A stretch of DNA of 32,000 nt from Sinorhizobium meliloti (lineage in GTDB: Bacteria; Pseudomonadota; Alphaproteobacteria; Rhizobiales; Rhizobiaceae). Where the stretch lies: assembly GCF_017876815.1 (NCBI RefSeq), contig NZ_JAGIOS010000002.1, positions 240,001 through 272,000 on the forward strand. Reading direction: 5' to 3'. Under the pieces are notes generated by a model. That model did no database searches and had not been told where the DNA came from. It saw nothing but the letters and a program-made list of their open reading frames with translations. Made by a program: the position numbers and the translations under genes. This document shows, one piece after another, positions 24,332 through 32,000 of this stretch (positions are counted from its first letter, which is position 1; each line of letters opens with the position of its first letter).

Positions 24332-24355
24332 TGAACCTCCCCGATAGTGAATTCT

Positions 24356-24384
24356 GGCCCGGGCGTCACCCGGCCGCCCGGGCC
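24356..24384 (-). other. 10-bp GC stem-loop immediately after the abfA stop
   Basis: GGCCCGGGCG tcacccggc CGCCCGGGCC. No U-tract follows on the transcribed strand. Confidence 0.45.
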
Positions 24385-24392
24385 TGAAAGGC

Positions 24393-25913
24393 TTATGCAG
24401 AAGCGACGGACAAGAGGACGAAGTGGTAGGAGCGCGGCGGCAGCGAGCCGACCAGCGTCCCCGTATCGTCTATCGTGAGTTCCTTGCCGGACTTGGGAAC
24501 GATGCGGTTCTGATCCTCGACCGAGTTACGCGCCTTCAGGTCGTCGCCCGCGAGCATCTGGTGCTCGACGATCTTCGCCCCCTTGAAGCCCTGAAGATCG
24601 ACGGTGAGGCCGAGCGGCTCGTCGAGGCTGCGGTTGATCGCGAAGACGGCGATCGACTTGCCGTCCTCGTGCAGCACCGCCGACAGGTCGAGGTAGGGTA
24701 CGTCCTGAGCCACCTCGCAATCGTAGGTGGGGCCGGACTGCGCGACGGTGAGCGCAGTGCCACGGCCGTATTTCGAGGCATATTGAAGCGGATAGTAGAT
24801 CGACTGCCGCCAGGCGGGACCTCCGGCCTTGGTGAGGATCGGCGCGATGACATTGACGAGCTGTGCCATGCAGGCGATCTTGACGCGGTCCGATCTCCGG
24901 ATGAAGACGTTCAGCAGAGAGCCGACGAAGATCGCATCCTCGAGATTGTAGAGCTCTTCCAGCAGCGGCGGCGCTTCCGGCCAGTCCCAGCTGGCAATCC
25001 GCTCGCCATCCTCCTTGCGGTCGTGATACCAGACGTTCCACTCGTCGAAGCAGATCTTGACGTCGCGCTTCGAACGCTTCTTCGCCTTGATGTAGTCGAT
25101 CACGCCGCCGATCGTCACGATGTACCGGTCCAGTTCGATCGCCTTGGCATAGTAATTGAGGGTGTCCTGCTCCTCGTTGCCGAAATATTTGTGCAGCGAG
25201 ATGTAGTCGACGCTGTCGTAGCTGGCCTCGAGAACCGTCGCCTCCCATTCCGGGTAGGTCTTCATCTTGTCGTTCGAGGAGCCGCAGACGACGGTCTCCA
25301 GCGTCTTGTCGAAATACTTGAAGGCCTTGCTTACCTCGTTGGCGAGATGGCCGTATTCGGCCGCACTCTTGTGACCGACCTGCCAAGGTCCATCCATCTC
25401 GTTACCCAGGCACCAGATGCGCACATTGTGCGGCTCCTTGTAGCCATGCTTTGAGCGCAGATCGCTCCAATAGGTGCCGCCGGGATGATTGCAGTATTCG
25501 AGGAAGTTGCGAGCGTCGTCGAGACCGCGCGAACCGAGATTCATCGCCAGCATCATCTCGGTACCCGCGAGCTTCGCCCAATCGGCGAACTCATTGACCC
25601 CAACCTGGTTGGTTTCGCGCGTGCGCCAGGCAAGATCGAGGCGCACCGGACGCTCCTCGCGCGGCCCGATCCCGTCCTCCCAGCGGTAAGCGGAAACGAA
25701 GTTGCCGCCGGGATAGCGGACGATCGGCATATCGAGATCCCGCACCATATCCAAAACATCGGTTCGAAAGCCGTCCTTATCCGCGTTTTCGTGGCCGGGC
25801 TCATAGATGCCCGTATAAACGGCACGGCCCATGTGCTCCAGGAACGAGCCGTATACCCGCTTGTCGACGGACGAGATTGTATATTCCCGATTAAGGGTAG
25901 CCTTCGCTCGCAT
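24393..25913 (-). CDS. abfA: GH51 alpha-L-arabinofuranosidase (cytoplasmic, no signal peptide)
   Basis: 506 aa. N-terminal VDKRVYGSFLEHMGRAVYTGIYEPGH, RYPGGNFVSAYRWEDGIGP, acid/base block WCLGNEMDGPWQ and nucleophile block ICFDEWNVWY, all typical of GH51 AbfA. Confidence 0.93.
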   Translation of the reverse strand: MRAKATLNREYTISSVDKRVYGSFLEHMGRAVYTGIYEPGHENADKDGFRTDVLDMVRDLDMPIVRYPGGNFVSAYRWEDGIGPREERPVRLDLAWRTRETNQVGVNEFADWAKLAGTEMMLAMNLGSRGLDDARNFLEYCNHPGGTYWSDLRSKHGYKEPHNVRIWCLGNEMDGPWQVGHKSAAEYGHLANEVSKAFKYFDKTLETVVCGSSNDKMKTYPEWEATVLEASYDSVDYISLHKYFGNEEQDTLNYYAKAIELDRYIVTIGGVIDYIKAKKRSKRDVKICFDEWNVWYHDRKEDGERIASWDWPEAPPLLEELYNLEDAIFVGSLLNVFIRRSDRVKIACMAQLVNVIAPILTKAGGPAWRQSIYYPLQYASKYGRGTALTVAQSGPTYDCEVAQDVPYLDLSAVLHEDGKSIAVFAINRSLDEPLGLTVDLQGFKGAKIVEHQMLAGDDLKARNSVEDQNRIVPKSGKELTIDDTGTLVGSLPPRSYHFVLLSVASA

Positions 25914-26030
25914 GATGTTTCCTCATTTATTGAAGTCGATTTTGGATGAAGCTAAATTGTATGATTTTTTATTTCAAGAGTTTTGTTTTATATCAAAATT
26001 TCCGATACACATGGTGCAGCTTGCGCGTTT
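25914..26030. promoter_or_regulatory. Strongly AT-rich divergent control region upstream of abfA (and, more distantly, of the site-2 protease gene)
   Basis: Runs such as tttattgaagtcgattttggatgaagctaaattgtatgattttttatttcaagagttttgttttatatcaaaattt contrast sharply with the flanking GC-rich DNA. No clean palindrome found. Confidence 0.45.
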
Positions 26031-26212
26031 TTTTGGGTTTTATCCTGCCGGAATCCGGAAGTGCACGGCGTTTCGCTGAGGCCCGCGGAACGATCCCCCG
26101 GCCAACCGATTAGACGGCTAAGGGCCCCTGCGATTGTGTGGCGCTGCCGCAACTGTCATGATGGAACGGCGCATCCTCAGCGGGCCTGAGAACTGGACGG
26201 AGCATAACGCTC

Positions 26213-27331
26213 ATGGCTTGGTCCTTCAGCATCGGAACGATTGCCGGCACGGCAATTCGCGTGCACGTGACCTTCGCGCTGCTTCTGATCTGGATATGGT
26301 TGATGCACTACCGGATCGGCGGGACACCGGCTGCGATGGAGGGGATTGCTTTTATCGTCGCCGTCTTCGTCTGCGTCGTGCTCCACGAGTTCGGCCACAT
26401 CGCCGCGGCGCGGCGTTTCGGGATCAAGACGCCGGACATAACGCTGCTGCCGATCGGCGGCGTCGCCAGACTCGAGCGCATGCCGGAAGAGCCCGGCCAG
26501 GAATTCGTGATCGCCATCGCCGGCCCTCTGGTCAATGTGGCGATTGCCGCGGTGCTCATCGCCATCCTCGGCAGCTCGGGCATGGAGCAGATAGCGGGCG
26601 TCGAAGACCCCCAGAGCGGATTTCTGGCAAGGCTCGCCGGCGTCAATGTTTTCCTCGTGATCTTTAATATGATTCCCGCCTTCCCAATGGACGGCGGCCG
26701 CGTGTTGCGGGCCGCACTCGCCTCGCGGCTCACCTGGTCGCGTGCGACCCAGATCGCCGCAACGATCGGCCAGGGCCTTGCCTTCGTCTTCGGCTTCGTC
26801 GGCCTGTTCTACAATCCTCTGCTTATCTTCATCGCCATCTTCGTCTATCTGGCCGCAACGGCGGAAGCCCAGAACGCTCAGATCCGCGAGATCTCCGGCA
26901 GCGTGATGATCTCAGATGTGATGATCACCGAATTCGCGACCCTCGACCGCTCGGCGACCATCGACGACGCCATCGACACGCTGCTTGCCACCACGCAGCG
27001 CGAATTTCCGGTGGTCGATGCCGCGGGCCACTTCGAGGGACTGCTGACGCGCGACGACATGATCCGCGCTCTGAAGGAGAAAGGCCCGTCGACACCGGTG
27101 GTCGCCGCGATGCGCCGCGGCCTCCCGACGATCCATCATCGCAAACGCCTCGAGGAAAGCCTGCGGCTCATGCAGGAATCCCATTCGCCGGCCATCGCCG
27201 TCCTGGACGGCTCCAACCACCTCGTCGGGCTGATGACGCACGAAACGATCGGCGAGATGATGATGGTGCGTGCGGCCGCCCCGGGCCGCGTCCGGTTCGG
27301 CCACCTGCGGCAGACCGGAAGCCGAAGCTGA
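26213..27331 (+). CDS. M50-family site-2 protease with a C-terminal CBS-domain pair
   Basis: 372 aa. HEFGH at nt 26384-26398, second metal-ligand motif FPMDGGRVLRA, multiple TM segments, then two CBS-like repeats (VMISDVMITEFATL…PVVDAAGHFEGLLTRDDM and …AIAVLDGSNHLVGLMTHETI). Confidence 0.9.
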   Translation: MAWSFSIGTIAGTAIRVHVTFALLLIWIWLMHYRIGGTPAAMEGIAFIVAVFVCVVLHEFGHIAAARRFGIKTPDITLLPIGGVARLERMPEEPGQEFVIAIAGPLVNVAIAAVLIAILGSSGMEQIAGVEDPQSGFLARLAGVNVFLVIFNMIPAFPMDGGRVLRAALASRLTWSRATQIAATIGQGLAFVFGFVGLFYNPLLIFIAIFVYLAATAEAQNAQIREISGSVMISDVMITEFATLDRSATIDDAIDTLLATTQREFPVVDAAGHFEGLLTRDDMIRALKEKGPSTPVVAAMRRGLPTIHHRKRLEESLRLMQESHSPAIAVLDGSNHLVGLMTHETIGEMMMVRAAAPGRVRFGHLRQTGSRS

Positions 27332-27452
27332 GCCCGAACGTGGATGGAACCGAATCGGCGTTCCGGAGTTCGGGCACAACCCTACGGCGCCGCGGGCCTT
27401 CGCAAGACACGCAAAATCGAGGAACCTGCAGCAGACAAATCGGATCAACTCA

Positions 27453-27953
27453 ATGCTCGTGACGGTAGAAGTTCTCACGATCGTCCTGGTCGCGATAGCA
27501 ACGGCATTGGCCCTTGCCCATGCGCTCGAATTGCCGGGCAAATTGCGATTGCCTAGGGACGTGTATCAGGCGATCCAGGCAATCTACTATCCGGGATTCA
27601 CCATCGGGGGCGCGGCAGAGCCGGCGGCGCTGCTTCTGACTGCCGCTCTCCTCTTTCTCATGCCGAGCGGGACGGCGGCCTTCTGGCTGACAGTCGGCGC
27701 ATTCGCCGGATTGCTGGCGATGCATGCCGCGTACTGGATCCTGACGCACCCGGTGAACAACTTCTGGCTCAAGGATACGCAACTGGGAGGAACGGGCGCC
27801 CGCTTTTTCGCTTTCGGCGCCCCTCGCGCTTCTGCTGCCGCGGACAAGGAGGACTGGACCGCCCTGCGGGACCGCTGGGAGCGGTCCCACGTTGTGCGGG
27901 CCGTTCTCGGCCTCGTAAGCCTCGTATTGCTCGCAACGGCGATAGCTCTCTGA
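27453..27953 (+). CDS. DUF1772-like (anthrone-oxygenase-family) 4-TM membrane protein
   Basis: ATG at 27453 (MLVTVEVLTIVLVAIATALALA…), 166 aa; the track start at 27270 overlaps the S2P gene. Pattern THPVNNFW…DWTALRDRWERSHVVRAVLG matches my recollection of DUF1772 (P-x-N…W…RW..xH.vR). Confidence 0.7.
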   Translation: MLVTVEVLTIVLVAIATALALAHALELPGKLRLPRDVYQAIQAIYYPGFTIGGAAEPAALLLTAALLFLMPSGTAAFWLTVGAFAGLLAMHAAYWILTHPVNNFWLKDTQLGGTGARFFAFGAPRASAAADKEDWTALRDRWERSHVVRAVLGLVSLVLLATAIAL

Positions 27954-27961
27954 GCACTGCG

Positions 27962-28444
27962 CTATGTGCCACCACCAAGGCGCGGTGCCAGCAGGGCGAT
28001 CGAAATCGACCCGAAGCCGAGGACCTTCAACGCGGCAACGACCATGTGGCCCGTCTCCCATCTAAGGCGTACCGCTTCGAAGTCCGGCGGTATCGGGCCC
28101 GGTTTCCAGGTGGCCAGGATCGCGTTTGCCGGAGCGACGAGCGTGAACCACGCCGCCAGCCCTCCAGCGAAAAAAGCAGCGCCGGCGAGGGCGAACCAGA
28201 AAGCCGGCCGCTCATTGGCGAGCAGGTAGGAAAGAAAGCACGCCGCAAGTATCGTCGTCACGTCGAGCGGCCCGCCGACCTTTGCAAAAAGCACGAATTG
28301 GCCGTTGAAGACGGTTGCCTCGCGCCAGAGTTCCGGCGCCCAGACGAACAGCCGGGGCGGCGCCTCCAATACATGGGCAAAGGAGGGGCCGAGGCTGAGA
28401 GCGGCGAGCAGCAGCGATACCAAGCCTGTAAGATAAACGACCAT
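27962..28444 (-). CDS. DUF1772-like 4-TM membrane protein, paralog of the previous gene
   Basis: 160 aa. LVAPANAILATW…FEAVRLRWETGHMVVAALKVLG parallels the neighbour. The two genes converge with only 8 nt between their stops. Confidence 0.7.
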   Translation of the reverse strand: MVVYLTGLVSLLLAALSLGPSFAHVLEAPPRLFVWAPELWREATVFNGQFVLFAKVGGPLDVTTILAACFLSYLLANERPAFWFALAGAAFFAGGLAAWFTLVAPANAILATWKPGPIPPDFEAVRLRWETGHMVVAALKVLGFGSISIALLAPRLGGGT

Positions 28445-28618
28445 TTCCCGCCTGTACCCATGTCATCGGCAGCCTGACCTACAACTTTGGCGATGGGCAA
28501 GTGTTCCAGAAAAAGAGAGACTATGCCGCTCTCGCCAATCTCACGGAATGTTGTTGAGAGAGGCCTCACTGCAGCCGCCTATGTGCCGGTATGATCCCCG
28601 GAGAACGGAGATCGATCC

Positions 28619-29869
28619 ATGCACGCGAAGATGCCCGGGGGCCTGTTGGCCGGGTTCCTGCTTCTCCTCGTTCCCACCCAAGGCTTCGGCCTCGACCTGC
28701 CGCGTTCGGGTCATCCGATATTCGACCGCGTCGTCACGCTCGTCGCCGACAACTTTCACGATCCCTCAGCGCTCGACGGCTTTGGCGCAGCGGTACGGCA
28801 GGAACTCGATGGCGGCGACCCGCTGAACGCGAAGAGCACGGAGCCCCGTGTCGATGCTGCGATCGAGAGAATCCTCGCGAGCCTCGACGCGTCGCACACG
28901 GCCCGCTTCACGCAGGATTCGATTGCCTATTACGAACTCGCCGACATATTCCGTTACGCTATCCGCCACGACATGAAGCGGCTGTTCCCGCCGGATGGCC
29001 GGGCCAGCTATGCCGGGGTCGGCATGGTTACCCGGATGGAAAACGGCCTGCCGTTCGTCAGCGACGTCTATGACGGCTCGCCTGCGGACAAGGCGGGTAT
29101 CCGGGTGGGCGACGAGGTTCTGTCCGTGGATGGCGCGCCGTATCGCGAAATCGAATCCTTCCGCGGCAGGACCGGGCAAAAGGTGGAGATCCGCCTGAGC
29201 CGCAATGCCGGCGCACAACCCTTTACGACCAGTGTCGCGGTCGAGCGGCTACGGCCTTTGCCCACATTCGAAAAGGCGATCGAGAACAGCGTGTCCGTCA
29301 ATGTGAGCGATGGGCGGCGCATCGGTTATCTGCGTCTTTGGACGCTCTCCAGTCCCGACGGACTCGATATCGCAGCACGGGAACTGGCGACCGGCCGTCT
29401 CAAGGACGCCGATGGCGTCGTCGTCGATCTGCGCGGACGCTGGGGCGGCGGCCCGCCCGACGCGGCGGAGCTCTTCGTCGGCGATACGCCGAACTTCAGG
29501 CTGATCTCGCGCAGTGGCAAGGATATGCTCGCCAATGTCCGCTGGCGCCGCCCGGTCGTCGCCATCATAGACGAGGGGTCGAGAAGCGGCCTCGAACTCT
29601 TCGCCTATGCGCTGAAGGCCAATGGAATCCCGCTCGTCGGGACGCGCACGGCGGGCGCGCTTCTTGCCGGTCGCGCCTATCTCCTGCCGGACGACAGCAT
29701 GCTGGAGCTTGCGGTTTCCGATGCGGTAATCGACGACGGCGTGCGGCTGGAGGGGCGCGGCGTCGAACCGGACGTACCCGTTCCGTTCGCCCTGCCCTAC
29801 GCCGGCGGACGCGACCCGCAGCGCGAAGCCGCCATGGAAGAGATGCGGCGCATCCTCGCCAAAGGCTGA
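28619..29869 (+). CDS. Periplasmic PDZ-domain S41-family (C-terminal processing peptidase-like) protein
   Basis: 416 aa. GGAG 9 nt before the ATG. Signal peptide …LLLLVPTQGFG. PDZ block PFVSDVYDGSPADKAGIRVGDEVLSVDG. S41 blocks VVDLRGRWGGG and IIDEGSRSGLELFAYAL. The canonical TFGKG is replaced by TAGAL. Confidence 0.85.
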   Translation: MHAKMPGGLLAGFLLLLVPTQGFGLDLPRSGHPIFDRVVTLVADNFHDPSALDGFGAAVRQELDGGDPLNAKSTEPRVDAAIERILASLDASHTARFTQDSIAYYELADIFRYAIRHDMKRLFPPDGRASYAGVGMVTRMENGLPFVSDVYDGSPADKAGIRVGDEVLSVDGAPYREIESFRGRTGQKVEIRLSRNAGAQPFTTSVAVERLRPLPTFEKAIENSVSVNVSDGRRIGYLRLWTLSSPDGLDIAARELATGRLKDADGVVVDLRGRWGGGPPDAAELFVGDTPNFRLISRSGKDMLANVRWRRPVVAIIDEGSRSGLELFAYALKANGIPLVGTRTAGALLAGRAYLLPDDSMLELAVSDAVIDDGVRLEGRGVEPDVPVPFALPYAGGRDPQREAAMEEMRRILAKG

Positions 29870-29923
29870 GCCGGCGATCCGTTTCTTGAACGCGAGGCCG
29901 CGCCGAGCCCGCCCTTCCCTCGT

Positions 29924-30922
29924 CTATTCGCTTTGCCGGAAGTTTCGGATCCGGTCAAAAAGCACCGCGAGCACGATGGCGCCGCCGATGAAGGCGCCCT
30001 GCCAGAATGCGTTGATCCCGAGCAGGCCGAGGCTGTTGCGGATCACCTCGATCAGCGCAGCTCCGATCAGAGCGCCGGAGGCCGTGCCGGCGCCGCCGGC
30101 AAGATTGGCGCCGCCGATGACGGCAGCGGCGATGACCTGAAGCTCCATTCCTGCGCCGATATTGGTCGTCACGGCCCCGAGCCAGCCGGTCTGGATGATG
30201 CCTGCGATGCCGGCTGCGAGCGCGGAGATCATGTATACGGCAACCTTGATCCTTCTCACCGGAACGCCGGTGAGCGTCGCGGCATGCTCGTTGCCGCCGA
30301 TGGCGAAGACGTAGCGGCCGAACTTCGTCCAGCGCAGAACGAAGCCGGTGAGGAGTGCCAGGACGATCATGTAGAGCACCGGATTGGCGATGCCGAGGAA
30401 CCAGGCGCCGCCGCCAAGAGCCAGGAGCGTGTCGTGGTCCGGGCCGAACTCGAATACGACCGTATTGTTGGAAGCGACCATCGCCAGGCTTCGCGCGATC
30501 GAGAGCATTCCGAGGGTGATCACGAAAGGCGGAAAGCCTAGATAGGCGATCATGACGCCGTTGAATGCGCCGGCGACCAGCGCCGTGCCGATCGAGGCGG
30601 CAATACCCACCTCGATGCCGTAACCGGCATGCATGACCACTGCCAGCACCATGCTGCACAGGCAGAGGACCGAACCCACCGACAGATCGATGCCGCCGGT
30701 AATGATGACCAGCGTCATTCCGAGAGCGATGATCGCGACGAAGGTGAAATTGCGCGTGATGTTGTAGAGGTTTTTCGCCGTTGCGAAGGAGTCGGTGGCA
30801 ACCGACAGGAAGAGGCAGGCGAGGATGACCGCCACCAGGACCCAGAATGCCTGGCTGGCCAACAGGAACGAGAGCCATCCCCGGTCTCTCTGTCCGACTG
30901 CCCGATCGAGCGTAATTGCCAT
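29924..30922 (-). CDS. CUT2 (ribose/monosaccharide-type) ABC transporter permease
   Basis: 332 aa, multi-TM. ITGGIDLSVGSVLCL block and the GG(A)NLAGG(A)G motif typical of RbsC-like permeases. Confidence 0.9.
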   Translation of the reverse strand: MAITLDRAVGQRDRGWLSFLLASQAFWVLVAVILACLFLSVATDSFATAKNLYNITRNFTFVAIIALGMTLVIITGGIDLSVGSVLCLCSMVLAVVMHAGYGIEVGIAASIGTALVAGAFNGVMIAYLGFPPFVITLGMLSIARSLAMVASNNTVVFEFGPDHDTLLALGGGAWFLGIANPVLYMIVLALLTGFVLRWTKFGRYVFAIGGNEHAATLTGVPVRRIKVAVYMISALAAGIAGIIQTGWLGAVTTNIGAGMELQVIAAAVIGGANLAGGAGTASGALIGAALIEVIRNSLGLLGINAFWQGAFIGGAIVLAVLFDRIRNFRQSE

Positions 30923-30950
30923 TGTCGACCCTCGCTTTCTCTCCGATTGT

Positions 30951-31691
<741 letters not shown>

Positions 31692-32000
31692 AGCCGTCTA
31701 GCCTCCCGAAGCAGCGGGCCGCCTCCCCCGCTTTCGCGCTCTCCCGGCAAGGCGACCGGTCCCATTTACGCAAATGCGCGGGAAAGCGTCAATCAATAGT
31801 CCTACAAATCGCTCCGCACATACGCTGAAACTCATATTGTCATACAAATAGTCGTTGACGTGCCGTTCGCGCGGATATTAGCTAGTGCTGGGAGGAGAGC
31901 ATGCTGATCCTTGTCCCCGGGGCACGGGCAGGGTCAGGCGGCACTTCATCGCGGCGCTGCTTGACAATCCGCGCGCGACCGGCCGCTCTTCAACGCCTCG

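Noticed and set aside
31855-32000. Possible divergent gene start at the right edge: TTGACG (31855-31860), an AT-rich -10-like stretch near 31874-31883, GGAGGAG, then an ATG at 31901 open to the window end (MLILVPGARAGSGG…).
   Set aside because: Only 33 codons are visible. The peptide has no recognisable motif and third-position GC bias looks weaker than in the confident genes, so it cannot be evaluated without downstream sequence.

Overview
High-GC, almost fully coding window. By gene content and intergenic repeat motifs it looks alphaproteobacterial, probably Rhizobiaceae (inference only). I support 31 protein-coding genes. I recognise no rRNA, tRNA, CRISPR array, transposase or integrase.

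Left to right:
1. 12-3765 (+): a tightly coupled three-gene operon of an FGase-family amidohydrolase, a DUF1704 metallopeptidase with HExxxH and QEGLA motifs, and a GshB-like ATP-grasp ligase. This is the most interesting candidate system: a ligase with two hydrolases and no known substrate.
2. 3922-9283 (+): a ytfQRT-yjfF-type galactofuranose-family ABC transporter ending in a DgoR-like GntR regulator.
3. 9428-16999: a minus-strand CUT1 sugar ABC operon led by a Gfo/Idh/MocA oxidoreductase and a xylose-isomerase-like TIM-barrel gene. It is read divergently from a LacI regulator, with a perfect 16-bp palindromic operator between them.
4. 17201-18777: a small secreted Cys-rich protein and an orphan class C beta-lactamase.
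5. 19059-25913 (-): a GH51 arabinofuranosidase with a CUT1 ABC transporter, ending in an unusual ArsR-type HTH regulator fused to a roughly 210-aa unknown domain.
6. 26213-29869: a CBS-bearing M50 site-2 protease, two convergent DUF1772-like membrane paralogs, and a periplasmic PDZ/S41 peptidase that appears to lack the canonical catalytic Lys.
7. 29924-31691 (-): a CUT2 permease and a single-cassette ATPase with no adjacent binding protein.

Non-coding structure includes a MITE-like element whose inverted-repeat arm now encodes the C-terminus of an ATPase, a degenerate rhizobial-type intergenic repeat, several GC-rich intercistronic stem-loops (mostly just after binding-protein genes), and two markedly AT-rich promoter islands.

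All family calls rest on reading motifs by eye and on recalled reference sequences. No searches were run.
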